Below are positions 1 to 11,430 of a stretch of 64,000 nucleotides of DNA, piece by piece; position 1 is the stretch's first letter; the number at the start of each line of letters is the position of its first letter. A program made the position numbers and the translations under genes. The stretch spans positions 56,234,001 through 56,298,000 of the forward strand of contig OX597827.1 in NCBI GenBank assembly GCA_951406725.2, written 5' to 3'. This DNA comes from Octopus vulgaris. Lineage: Eukaryota. The notes beneath the pieces are model-generated. The model worked only from the letters and a program-made list of their open reading frames with translations, was not told where the DNA came from and did not search any database.

Positions 1-199
1 GGCGCGAAAATACCTTAAGCTAAGCCTGAAAGCAATGAAATCATAAAAGAATCATCCATAACTTGCAGTAAGCAACATTTATTAAACGTTATTACTCTTA
101 TTACTGTTATTTCTTTATTTTCTGCAAACAAAATGCACAAAAAAAGTTACACGTTTGCATTATGTTATATATACATAGAGGAGCTCCCAATCAATCAAA

Positions 200-656
200 T
201 CAATCAAATCAAATCAAATCAAACCAAATCAAATTAGATGAACATCAATGGAATTTGTACCACAATGGTACCAGTGCCGGTAGCACATAAGAAAACCATC
301 CGAACGTGACCGTAGCCAGTACCGCATCGACTGGCCTCCGTGCTGAGGGCACGTAACAAACACCATCCGAGCGTGGCTGTTCGCCAGCCTCGTCTGGCAC
401 CTGTGTCGGTGGCACATAAAAACACCATCCGAGCGTGGCCGTCTGCCAGCCTCGCCTGGCACCTGTGTCGGTGGCACATAAAATCACCCACTACACTCTC
501 GGAGTGGTTGGCGTTAGGAAGGGCATCCAGCTGTAGAAACACTGCCAGATCTGACTGGCCTGGTGCAGCCTTCGAGCTTGCCAGACCCCAGTTGAACCGT
601 CCAACCCATGCTAGCATGGAAAGCGGACGTTAAGCGATGATGATGATGATGATGAT
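200..656 (+). mobile_element. SINE 3' part with RTE-like tail and (GAT)n end
   Basis: Internal GGCACATAAAAACACCATCCGAGCGTGG repeats, tail CCCATGCTAGCATGGAAAGCGGACGTTAA, then (GAT)n. The family recurs on the minus strand at about 8100-8480, 23770-24105, 29372-29580, 46230-46620, 47145-47350 and 48175-48600. Confidence 0.75.
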
Positions 657-677
657 ACAATAATAATAGGGGATGTT

Positions 678-843
678 ACCGTATACATTTTTACAAACCA
701 AGGACATTATAATGACCTCCTTGACTCAAGTTAGAGAAGGGGTGCATATTATACACAAGGTTTAGGTTTTCCAGAGGTACACCACCCAAAAAATCCTCTG
801 CGTATTATACTTAAGGGCGGACTATACTCGAGGATTTACGGTA
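678..843. mobile_element. Tigger/pogo-like MITE remnant
   Basis: Inverted ends TACCGTA...TACGGTA with TA target site. Confidence 0.45.
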
Positions 844-1696
844 AACGAAAAGTTGCAGTTTATTCAGGAGATTACTGATGTGGACTCATATTGGCATAAT
901 CATTTTGATATGTTTGCATTTTCTCAATACAATAGAATTGAGAATCTTTTGTGATTACCTGTGGCAATACCACAAGCCTGTTGTCTTACTACAATAGATT
1001 CCATTGAACCTTGTGGTGTGTGACCAATTAAAGCACTTAATGTTGAATTGATGTTTTTCTCTTTCTTTCTTTCTTTCTTTCTTCCCCTTTTTCCTCTTTT
1101 TTTCTTTTTTTTTTGCTTATGTTTGTGTTTTCTTTGGTTTGGAATTTTTATTTTAATGTGGTTTTGTATTAAAAATGCATGTGCCTTTGGTGATTTGTGA
1201 TGATATCTGATTAATGACATACATGCATCTGAACCGCAGATGGTTTATGAAAGTTGTTTTAGCTGGGGAACTGTCAACATAACTCTTTAAAAATAACAGG
1301 CCTGTGAATGTGGGTTAACACTGTTTTTTAGCAGAGTCACAGGAGTACAAAGTTTACAGAAGATAAGCTCAAACAAGTTGAAGCTAATGAACACAATCTT
1401 AACCAATCGGCATGCAGCTTAGGTGTCATGCTTTGATGAGCATGGTAAAACAGTAGACATTGACAGCTCTTATTTTAGAAACATTTTAACCAATCAGAAA
1501 GAGTGAGAGAGGATTTGGCTACAACCAGATTTTGAGAAATATCTGATACTATAAGCCAATGTCCTCATCTTAAATATCCTTAAATGAAATTTAGTGCAAA
1601 TTTGGATTTATAATACTGTCAGTATTACTACAGTTTTTAAGTAACATCAAACTTAAATCAATATTGATACTATTCATCTTCATATTATTGTCCATT

Positions 1697-2525
1697 CAGA
1701 ATGGGTTTAAGCTTCTCAATAAAATTCTTTTCTCTTACTCATCTTCTAATTTACTTAAAGTCTGTAAAGAGGGATATCAAAAAACTCTCCTTATTGCATG
1801 TTTCTAAATGATCACCTAATACGATCTGAAAGGCATTAAGGTCTCTGATTTGTTGCTGGTAGACTTGAGTTCATTCCAATAATGAGTTTCCTGTCTGGCC
1901 AATATATCACCGTGACCAACCAGGCAATCAGATGTTGCTACACATTGCTGGTCACAATGTGCTTCGCATTGTTTTAGCCTTCAAATGGCGCCACCCTGCT
2001 GGCTAAGCGAGCTGCCAAACAAAAGAAAGAGTGAGAGAAAGAGTACAGCAGGGATCACCACCACCCCCTGCCGGAGCCTCATGGAGCTTTAGGTGTTTTC
2101 CCTCAATAAATACTCATAACGCCCGGTCTGAGAATTGAAACTGCAATCCTACAACCGCGAGTCCGCTGCCCTAACCACTTGGCCATTGCACCTCCATGGC
2201 TAATATATATTTCTTCATAATGCAAGTATTTAATAGAGTTGTTACTGTTGTTTAGTCAAACTTTACCTTTGACAACAATGGCTTTAAGTTTTTTGGTTGC
2301 CTATTACTTTCAACAAATATACAAATTAGCAATTAAATATTTTAGTCCAGTATTTTGTCTGATGATAGGTATATTGATCTGATGACATTAAAAATATTTT
2401 GACAACATGGATTATGTGCCACTTTAATAGGTATGATATTCTCATCTTGTATTCCTCTTCCTTGGGTTGGTCTAAGTTGTTCTACAGGCATTTGTTTTGC
2501 ATATTGTATACCATTTTCTGTGACA
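1697..2525 (-). mobile_element. Decayed Penelope-like retroelement (RT thumb/linker plus GIY-YIG endonuclease), interrupted by a SINE
   Basis: Minus-strand translations ENIIPIKVAHNPCCQNIFNVIR, SNRQPKNLKPLLSKVKF, YIGQTGNSL and REKNFIEKLKPILN, with stops and frameshifts. Confidence 0.7.
1908..2196 (-). mobile_element. tRNA-derived SINE with target-site duplication
   Basis: 5' GGAGGTGCAATGGCCAAGTGGTTAGGGCAGCGGACTCGCGG tRNA-like head. TSD TGGC(C/T)AATATAT at 1896-1907 and 2197-2208. Confidence 0.8.
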
Positions 2526-2593
2526 GCTGCAACAAAGACTTTGAAGCCATGGCCAGCAGGCATTTTGACTGCATCATCATAATAAAATTCATC

Positions 2594-3090
2594 CCTCATA
2601 TCCTTCAACAAGGTCATGAGCCCAATTTGGACAGTTATGTAAAGCTGCTGAAAATGGTGATCAAACCCCAGCTGAAGAGGGCTGCTGCTAGAAGGTCATA
2701 TGTGTGGCAGCAGGATTCAGCTCCTTACTATACCTCTGGAAAAAGTCAAAAATAGTTACTGGAGAATTTCTACAACTTCACCATCCCCAATTTCTGGCCT
2801 CTTAATTCCTATGATTGTAATCCCATGGATTACTTTGTGTGGGGTGTGGTTGAGAAACACACTAATTTCTCTGCCTGCAACACCAATGCCAAGGTCGTGG
2901 CTAAGATTAAGGAGGTCTTTGAAAATCTTCCCAGGGACACAGTGAGGAGTGCGTACTTTGAGTAAACTGTTAACTTCCAGCTGTAATCTACTTGATATTT
3001 TTTTTTTTCTGAAAATACTTTTGTTTTTGGATGAAATATTGTGTTTTTTCCTTTATTGCATACAGTCAAATTCAGCCCACACACCCTGTA
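2594..3090 (+). mobile_element. Tc1/mariner-superfamily transposon 3' remnant
   Basis: YVWQQDSAPYYTS...NSYDCNPMDYFVWG DDE/D motifs, and a terminal CACACCCTG-TA. Confidence 0.75.
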
Positions 3091-3510
3091 TGTGTGTGTA
3101 TGTATATGTATCTGTGTGTGTGTGTGTTTGTGTGTATTATTGTCTCCTTGCCTTGGTAGTTGTAAACAAGCATCACTGTCATATAAGCAGTGTCCTTCAT
3201 TTCCAATCTTCCATGAAAACATGTCTGGTCATGGAGAAGAAACAGTTGAGGGTTGGTGATGGGAAGAGCATCCAATTAGAGAAAATCTGCTTTTGTAAAT
3301 TCTGTTTGTCCCATGCAAGCATGGAGACATTGAAATGCGGCTGCCGACACCACTGATAACAATGACGCCACTGCTGACGATGGTGGCACCACTGATGATG
3401 ATCTCACCGCTAATGATGACGCCACTGCCACCAACATACAAAATGTCCCAACCTGGGGCTATATATGAACAAGGAAATAATACAAGAGAAGAAAACTAGA
3501 AAAAGCTCAC

Positions 3511-3614
3511 CTACAAAGCCATATATTTTATAACGGGTCTTAATACCAGCATCAAGGATGAAGATAATCTTATTGTCACAGAGAACAAACAGGTACTGAG
3601 CCTGCTGGTCATAG
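3511..3614 (-). CDS. CFAP43: CFAP43 exon 12 (gene continues beyond the left edge of the window)
   Basis: catccag acceptor, GTGAGC donor. Encodes YDQQAQYLFVLCDNKIIFILDAGIKTRYKIYGFV, resembling YDQQGIFLLVG...FQIIGF. Confidence 0.9.
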
Positions 3615-3789
3615 CTGGATGAAGAAAAACGTGACGAAATGAAATTAAGCTAATATTGTGAAGATGATGAAATAACAGTAGAGCATATGTTAAATACAGA
3701 CATCGACAACTGGAATGAGCATTAAATAGTGACGAGTATCAACTAATATCAACAACAAGAGGTGAATGAGAGTGTTAGATATTAAATAA

Positions 3790-4220
3790 GGGCATGGCTG
3801 TGTGCTAAGAAGTTTGCTTCCCAACCACATGGTTTCAGGTTCAGTCCTATTGCATGGTACCTTGAGCAAGTGACTTCTACTATAGTCTCGGGTCGACCAA
3901 AGTCTTGTGAATGGATTTAGTAGACGGAAACTGAAAGAAGCCTGTCGTGTGTGTGTGTGTGTGTGTCTGTTTGTGTTTGTGTGTGTGTGTGTGTGTGTAT
4001 GTGTGTGTGTGTGTGTCCCCCCATGTGTGTGTGTGTTTTCCCCCCACACCACCACCACCACTTGATGTGTTTACATCCTCATAACTTAGTGGTTCGGCAA
4101 AAGTGACAAATAAAATAAGTACCAAGCTTAAATAAGTACTAGGGCCGATCCATTTGACTAAAATTTAAAGGCCGTGTCCCTGCATGGTGACAGACTAATG
4201 ACTGAGATAAAAGACAGAAG
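3790..4220 (+). mobile_element. tRNA-derived SINE (CORE-like) with internal (TG)n
   Basis: GGCATGGCTGTGTGCTAAG...GGTTCAGTCC head and ACCTTGAGCAAGTG core. Other copies at 13295-13670(+), 13705-14133(-), 23360-23765(-), 26560-26990(-), 36000-36360(-), 37445-38000(+) and 49958-50342(-). Confidence 0.75.
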
Positions 4221-4444
4221 AATCAAAAAATACATATCAACAACAATGGTGATTATCAAATAGAAACATCTTTATCTTTTATCCCTTACTTGTTCTAGCC
4301 ATTGGACAGTGGTCATGCTGGGGCACCACCTTGAAGGGTTTAATCCAACAAATCAAACTTACTATTTATTTTTAAGCCTGGCATTTATCATATTGGTCTC
4401 ATTTGCTGAATTGCTAAATTAGATGGATGTAAACAAAGCAACAC

Positions 4445-4672
4445 TGTAGTAAAGATCGTTTGCCAACATAACATGGCAGTCCTGGTTTAGGACTAATGTT
4501 GCTGTAATTTAGCCCCAGGAGACATCACCTCCAGCTGGCTATACGACACGATCTGTGTCCTTACATTTTTGAACAAGGGAATCTAGCACCCCAACTCAGC
4601 TCAAAACAATTACAGCAACATTAGTCCTAAACCAGGACTGTCATGTTATGTTGGCAAACAATCTTTACTACA
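4445..4672. mobile_element. MITE with about 62-bp terminal inverted repeats, TGT...ACA termini
   Basis: TGTAGTAAAGATCGTTTGCCAACATAACATGGCAGTCCTGGTTTAGGACTAATGTTGCTGTAATT is mirrored at about 4608-4672. Nested inside a SINE. Confidence 0.8.
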
Positions 4673-5099
4673 AAGTACTGTTGCTGAATATCTCATGTTG
4701 TGAGATTAAAAAATAGTTGTGAAGTAGTTGTGGGTGGCAAACACAAGCACAAAGACACACTCACACGTTGCTCCATCCTCTGGTGTGTGTGTGTGTGTAT
4801 GCACATGTGTGTGTGTGTATTCAAAACTGGCTTCTTTCAATTTCCATCAACCAAATCCACTCACAAGGCTTTGGTCAACCCAGGGCTGTAATAGAAGACA
4901 CTTGCCCAAAGTGCCACGAAGAGGGACTTAACCCAGAACCATGTGATTAAGAAACAGTCTTCTTACCATGCAGCCATGCCTGTGCTTACAATTAGAACTA
5001 ATTATGCTACATGTTAACATTTGAAATTAACATGTACATGTGAACGTGTATGGTTACAGGTAAGTGTGTGTGTGTGTGTGTGTGTGTGTGAGTGTGCCC

Positions 5100-7235
5100 T
5101 CAACTGTCACAGACCATGTTTCACTGCCATGTAGCATAGCTTTTCACACACAGGCATCATACAATCTGCTTTTCACTCTGAGAGAGAGGCCCTTTGTTTC
5201 CAGCAGGGGTAGGAGCTCTCTGAACCTTGCCCAGCCTAATCTTATTCTCACAGCTACACTCTCAGAGCATCCACCTCTACTTCTAACTTGGTTACCTAGA
5301 TAATGGAAGCTATCTATCTCTAGCTTACCTCAATGGCAGTTGATGGAGTCTATTTTCTTTACATTTTTGGTGTTTATTGTACCTGTGCATCTTCCACACA
5401 GCAAAGGTATTTCCCGTTAACCTACCTCTGATATTGCTGCACCTCTTATATGTCCAAAGCTTACACTGAAATTTTTACCTATGCAAGGAGGGCCATCTAC
5501 CTGAAGGGATTTGTGATTTGTCTGCTTTCCTACTTACTAAGATTTAGTTTTTGCTTGGTTAAGTCTGAGGCCCTTTAATTATAGATATTGCTTCCATACC
5601 TGGAACTTCTTCAGTAGTTCTGGTAGTGATTCAGCTATAAGAACAAGGTCATCAGCATAGAGGAGCTCCCAGGGGCAGCCTGTCTTGAATTCCTCTGTTA
5701 TTGCCAGGGGGACTACGATGAACAAGAGGTGGGTGAGGAGCTTGCACAGCTCTCACTAACCACTTGTCTATCCCTAGTTTCTGCATTGACCACCAGATAA
5801 GGGATCAAGGGAACCTGTCAAAGGCTTTCTCTAAGTCATCAAAAGCCAAGTACAGAGGTTTATCTTTAGCTATGTATTTCTCCTGCAGCTGCCTTACCAG
5901 AAATATAGCATCAGTGGTGCTTCTCCCTGGCACAAACCAAACTGCTTCTCATCTAAACTAACTCTCTCCCTAATTAGTTAGGCTATGACTCTCTCCGTAA
6001 CTTGCATCACCTGATCCAACAATTTGATACGACTGCAATTATTTCTAAGGCATTATTTTTACCTTTGTAGCAGTTGACTATGGTGCTGCTACACCAGTCA
6101 TTGGGTATGACCCCTTCATGAACCACCTGATTTACAACACAGGTAACTAGACCATAAACCACATCACCAGATATTTTAAGCAACTCAGTGGTGATTCCTG
6201 ATGGGCCAGGCGCTTCCCCTGTCTTCATATCCTTAATTGCTTTATCTACCAAAGTATTGTCAATTTGGATCAACATTTCGAAAACTCTCCTCCTACCATT
6301 CATTCTCCATGGTCAACAGTTTTTCATAATGGCATTCCCAAACCCCTGTCTTTGCAGAATCATTAAAAGCAAGTGCACCATCATCTATGCGGACACATTT
6401 CTCTCCTATGACATCACAGTTTTCTCTCACATATTGTCTTGCAATCTGAAGCACTTTAATTCTCACATCACTGAACATAGGCAAACTTCTTTTCTGCTTC
6501 TCCCTTGGCTAGATATACCTGTCTCCTAGCTTCTCTTCTGACTATCTGATACAAGTCCCTGCTATCCCCACTCTTCCAGGCCTGTTTCTTTGCTCTAACG
6601 GTCCTGTCTAGATCATTGTTCCATCACCACATCACCCTAGGTCTGAATGGTCTGTGGTACTTAGTAAGCTGTCCTGCAGGAATTCCCAGTTGCCTTCTAT
6701 GTCACAAGTTTGTAGCTCCTCCTCCCTCTCATCAAATTTCTGAATTAGGATGTCCCTAAATCTCTGACCATATGAAGGGTCCTTAAGTTTCCAAATCTTT
6801 CTTTTCCAGATTGGTCTGCTTCTTGGCATCCTTCTGACCTGGAGTCTAATGTCACTAATGACTAGTCTATGCTGCGGGGTATATTCTTCATCAGGGAAGA
6901 TCTTTGTACTTAAGAACAACCATGCATCCCACTGTCTGGTGAAAATGTAATTGATCTAATTATCACAGTCACCTGATTAGTAGGTTATCAGGTTGCTGGT
7001 TGGCTTCCTGAAGTTGGTGCTGCATCACAGAACTCCAATAGCCTTGTTCCTTCATTTTAGGAACCAATTCCATGGCCCCCATGTATACCATGGAAGATGC
7101 AGGGTTGCTGTCTGACATTCCTCAGCCACAATAATCTGCAGAAAAATATCATAAAAGTGGTCCTTCTGTTCATTTGGTAGGCCCACTTGTGGGGCATAGG
7201 CAGAGATAATTGTTGCTATACTAATCTGCAAGACT
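5100..7235 (-). mobile_element. Decayed RTE-clade LINE (APE endonuclease plus RT)
   Basis: ISAYAPQVG, PQHRLVISD, MKTGEAPGPSGITTELLK, DWCSSTIVNCYKGK and GCPWELLYADDLVLIAES motifs, with many stops and frameshifts. Confidence 0.9.
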
Positions 7236-7434
7236 AGCCTATATATGTACATACATACATTCAAATATATATACGTACATATATATATAGATATATATAT
7301 TCATATATACATACACCTATGCATTCGTGTATATACATATATATTGTAAATGCAATGAGCAATAAAAGAAAAGAGAAAGACAATACAGCAGAGTCAATGT
7401 TTGACAAATACTGTATTCGCTTGAAGGAAAAGAG

Positions 7435-7470
7435 TCTCAACATTTCAGACAGTAGTCCTTCATCAGAAGA
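7435..7470 (-). ncRNA. Minimal type I hammerhead-like motif (degenerate)
   Basis: UCUU-CUGAUGA-AGGAC-UACU-GUCU-GAAA-UGUU-GAGA, matching the Penelope-type minimal hammerhead with C>T decay of GAAACGUU. Confidence 0.5.
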
Positions 7471-7601
7471 AAAAGAAAAGCATAAGTGAATGAGAGAAAA
7501 ACACAAGCAAGGGAATTAGAGCCAGGTGTGAATGCTGTTTCATATCTATTTATATATATATATTAATCAAAGCATACAGTAATATAGATCCATTTCATTC
7601 A

Positions 7602-7689
7602 ATCTTACCAATTGGTTTCACACTGGATATTAGATAACAGGCTATTAGGTAAAAGTGTGGTTAACTAACACCATGAGCTCTTCAGAGAT
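7602..7689 (-). ncRNA. Type I hammerhead ribozyme-like motif with long stem II
   Basis: AUCU-CUGAAGA-[long stem II]-GAAA-CC-AAUU-GG-UA|AGAU: conserved core, stem I AUCU/AGAU, stem III and a GUA cleavage triplet. Confidence 0.6.
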
Positions 7690-7871
7690 GACAGGCATGG
7701 AAAAAATATGTACTATATATAATTCAATGACTAAGAGTTTTATGTAAATGACATGTTAAAATATTATTTGTTAATTTCAGAAAAGCAACTGAATTTCCTT
7801 TCAATAAAATTTAAAGTAATAATCAGAATATTTAAATTCTAAACTCAGATTGTGCTTCAGCTGATACTTAC

Positions 7872-8020
7872 TGTAAACAAGTAAGTGAATATGAACAAAG
7901 TGCTTTAGTATAAATTAGACGGGGTGCTGCCGTTTCAGTGACATCTAGCACACAAAGTCTACCAGTACGGAGTCCTACAATGACAACATTACAGCTAGGG
8001 TGACTGTTCATGGAGGATAC
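7872..8020 (-). CDS. CFAP43: CFAP43 exon 11
   Basis: tttctag acceptor, GTAAGT donor. Encodes VSSMNSHPSCNVVIVGLRTGRLCVLDVTETAAPRLIYTKALCSYSLTCL, resembling LACCPSSLSAAVGTEDG...PQVVHKAFL. Confidence 0.9.
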
Positions 8021-8975
8021 CTAGAAAAAGAAATACAAATGAACCCATTAGCATTCAGATTATTTTGTCAAATATAATGCTTATTCATTCACATTCAGCA
8101 TCATCGTTTAGTGTCCGTTTTCTGTGCTAGCATGGGTTGGACGGTTTGACCGGGGTCTGGGAAGCCAGGAGGCTGCACCAGGCTCCAGTCTGATCTGGCA
8201 GTGTTTCTACAGCTGGATGCCCTTCCTAACGCCAACCACTCCGTGAGTGTAGTGGGTGCTTTTTACATGCCAGGGGATGCTGGCAGCGGCCACGATCAGT
8301 TGGTGCTTTTTATATGCCACCGGCACAGAAGCCAGTCAAGGCGGCACTGGCATTGGCCACGTTTGGATGGTGCTTTTTACGTGCCACCGGCACAAGGATC
8401 ACAACTACAATTTCCATTTGACATTTATTTTGATGTTGATATACTTGACTCAATAGGTCTCCTCAAGCACAGCAGGTCCTTATTCACATTGTTTTGAATT
8501 AATTATGCATTAGCTCATACCTTTGAGATTTAAATGATGGATTGCTTATTTCTAGAATAACATAGTAGGATAGGTGTGAGAGGCCAGATCTGGCCAGTTT
8601 GAACATGAAACAGGTAGAATATTTTGGCTGGAGATGGCCTGGTTCAAATGCTAAAGAGTTAAACATGTTCCTAAACAGTTCTGTGCTGAGGCTTTCTTGC
8701 TAAGTCAATTCTTAAACAAAAGTCAACTACATTACAACCCATAATATATTTTTTGGCTTTTAATTTACTTTCTTTACCCTCATATGATGGAAATACAAAT
8801 TCAGTCTTGGCAGGATATGAACTCAGAACCTAGAGTGATAAAACTAAATAACTCAACTTACATTATTTTGAGTCACCACTTTTTTGACTTTATGTGCCAG
8901 GCATGGCTCGAGAAGAAACAAACAAAAAATAAGAAAACATGTGATGTTAAGACAGATACATGCACACGCATTACA

Positions 8976-9010
<35 letters not shown>

Positions 9011-9302
9011 GCACATGCAACATAAAAAGCACCCAGCACACTTTGTAGAGTGTTTAGCATTAGGAAGGGCATCCAGTCATAGAAACTAAGTCAAATCAGC
9101 TCTCTGGTTTCCCAGTTCTAGTCAAGCCACCCAACCCATGCCAATATGGAAAACAGACATTAAACAACAATGATGATGATATACATAAACATTGAGCTTC
9201 TTTCAGTTGACATCTACCAAATCCACTTGGAAGTTTTTGCTCAGCTGAGGAGTATAGCAGAAGACATTTGCACAAGGTGCTGTGCATTGAAACTGAACAA
9301 GA

Positions 9303-9718
9303 AAGGCAGCGAGCTGGCAGAAATGTTAGCATGCCAGGTGAAATGCTTAGCAGTATTTCGTCTGTCCTTACGTTCTGAGTTCAAATTCTGCAGAGGTCAA
9401 CTTTGCCTTTCATTCTTTTGGGGTCGATTAAATAAGTACCAGTTACGCACTAGGGTTGATATAATCGACTTAATCTGTTTGCCTGTCCTTGTTTGTCCTC
9501 TCTGTGTTTAGCCCCTTGAGTGTAGTAAAGAAATAGGTATTTCGTCTGTCTCTACGTTTTGAGTTCAAATTCTGCCGCGGTCAACTTTGCCTTTCATCCT
9601 TTCGGGGTTGATTAAATAAGTACCAGTTACACACTGGGTCAATATAATCGACTTAATCTGTTTGTCTGTCCTTGTTTGTCCCCTCTGTGTAGCCCCTTGT
9701 GGGCTATAAAGAAATAAG
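9303..9718 (+). mobile_element. tRNA-derived SINE with Meta-like domain, tandem dimer
   Basis: GGCAGCGAGCTGGCAGAA...GAGTTCAAATTC...GCCTTTCATCCTTTCGGGGTCGAT...AAGTACCAG, with the unit repeated. Also at 16510-16747, 19030-19245 and 62090-62325. Confidence 0.8.
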
Positions 9719-9840
9719 AAATTGAACAGGAATCAAGTGGTTGGGGAGTATGGTACTTGCCCATACCTCATATCATAAAACAGAGTTTAAAAGAGACTTA
9801 CAGCAACACAAAAAAAAATGTAAAATTTCTTTGTGATTAC

Positions 9841-9921
9841 CTCATTTTCTAAATCAATAGTAGAAAGTTTTTTCCCAGTTTTCATCTCCCAAAATTCAAT
9901 TAAACCATTTTGTCGAGCAGA
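9841..9921 (-). CDS. CFAP43: CFAP43 exon 10
   Basis: ttttcag acceptor, GTAATC donor. Encodes SARQNGLIEFWEMKTGKKLSTIDLENE, a WD-repeat end. Confidence 0.88.
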
Positions 9922-10041
9922 CTGAAAATATAAGGAAACAAAATTGATATTTATTTGATTGACAATTCAATTTCAAAGCAATTTTAATTTTTAAAAAATA
10001 CACCAATTTTTTTTTTTTTTTTTTGGTGAGTTTTTACTTAC

Positions 10042-10158
10042 AACTGCAACTGTTGTTCCAGGATAGACAGGTCTCATATCCACAAATTCTGAACTTGATT
10101 CATCCTCCAGTTTTTCAATATTGTCTATTTTGTCAATATCATGTGTCTGAATGTCACC
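10042..10158 (-). CDS. CFAP43: CFAP43 exon 9
   Basis: ttgacag acceptor, GTAAGT donor. Encodes GDIQTHDIDKIDNIEKLEDESSSEFVDMRPVYPGTTVAV. Confidence 0.85.
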
Positions 10159-10399
10159 CTGTCAAACACAGAGAAGATATGTTCAGACATGATGGTGGGG
10201 GGTGGAGGTGGAGGTAGAGGAGGGCGATTTTGTTGTTGTTGTTGGTTTTGTGGTGGTGGTGGTGGTGGCGGCGGCAGTGGCAGCAGCTGATTAAGGAGAC
10301 TGCAGAGGAAGGCCAGAATCAGAAGAGAAAATAGAAAAATCCAGGAAGATGGGGGTAAAAGAGAGGGGAAGGAAGAAGAGGAGAGGAGGGGAAGCGGGA

Positions 10400-10596
10400 G
10401 AGGAGGAGGAGGAGGAGGAAGAAGAAGAAGAAGAAGAAGAAGAAGAAGAAGAAGAAGAAGAAGAAGAAGAAGAAGAAGAAGAAGAAGAAGAAGAAGAAGA
10501 AGAAGAAGAAGAGCAACAACAATTGCAACAGCAGCAATAACAGCAGCAGCAGCGACAGCAGCAGCAGCAGCAACAGCAGCAACAGCAGCAGCAACA
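10400..10596 (+). repeat. (GAG)n-(GAA)n-(CAG/CAA)n compound trinucleotide microsatellite
   Basis: Seen directly; about 30 GAA units. Confidence 0.95.
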
Positions 10597-10763
10597 AAAT
10601 AAGGAGGAGGGGAAGAGTGGGGGGAGGATCAAGAGCTTTTAATATCAAAATCAATTTGGCAAGTGATGACCGCTTTGTGATAGTAATTTCAGTTACTATT
10701 CACAAAGCCATTTAACTAATTGAGCAACAACTGACTACAAAACTTGATGTGTGTGCTGTATCC

Positions 10764-10794
<31 letters not shown>

Positions 10795-10807
10795 CCCTCT
10801 CTTTCTT

Positions 10808-10840
<33 letters not shown>

Positions 10841-11148
10841 TTCTCTCCCCCTCTCTCTTCAACTTTTACAACTACTGCAACTGCCTTTGCCTTGCTCTTT
10901 TGAAGTAGTTATCTTTACAGTATATACACCCTCCTGCTTTTGCCTCTCATCACTCCAGTCATTTCCTCACTCCCATGACTCTCCATTCTAAAATTGCATC
11001 CTTCTGGTAACCTGCAAAGTGCGTTACCCTCGCTTACAACATATGTCCAAATGTCACTCTTACTTGCTCTGAGGAAACCTCCTCTCTCCCTAACTAATAC
11101 AGCAGTGAAATATATAAATGGAAAGTGTATTGACAGTTGCTTTTGACA

Positions 11149-11430
11149 GGACTCTATGCTTGAGGACTCTATGCTTGAGGACTCTGTGCTTGAGGACTCT
11201 GAGCTTGAGGGCTCTGTGCTTGAGGGCTCTGTGCTTGAGGGCTCTATGCTTGAGGACTCTGTGCTTGAGGACTCTGTGCTTGAGGACTCTGTGCTTGAGG
11301 GCGGCTCTATGCTTGAGGACTCTGTGCTTGAGGACTCTGTGCTTGAGGACTCTGTGCTTGAGGACTCTGTGCTTGAGGACTCTGTGCTTGAGGACCCTGT
11401 GCTTGAGGACTCTGTGCTTGAGGACTCTGT
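11149..11430 (+). repeat. 15-bp minisatellite (GAGGACTCTGTGCTT) x about 19
   Basis: Seen directly; explains the LEDSV, TESSS and RTLCL ORFs. Confidence 0.95.

Noticed and set aside
924-1220. Minus-strand ORF with a CAG|GTAATC donor-like site at about 958, a candidate CFAP43 exon 13
   Set aside because: No pyrimidine-rich acceptor, no resemblance to the expected next CFAP43 segment, and the ORF is largely a low-complexity purine tract.
1908-2196. tRNA-like heads of SINEs as tRNA genes
   Set aside because: No acceptor stem or terminator; they continue into SINE bodies.
2342-2617. 91-aa ORF that looked like a host exon or piggyBac transposase (GHGFKVFVAA)
   Set aside because: Better explained as Penelope linker sequence fused to the antisense strand of a Tc1 fragment; no compatible splice sites.
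10291-10654. Poly-C/S/L/F/E ORFs
   Set aside because: Translations of trinucleotide microsatellites.
11149-11430. Regular repeat array considered as CRISPR-like
   Set aside because: No unique spacers; a simple eukaryotic minisatellite.
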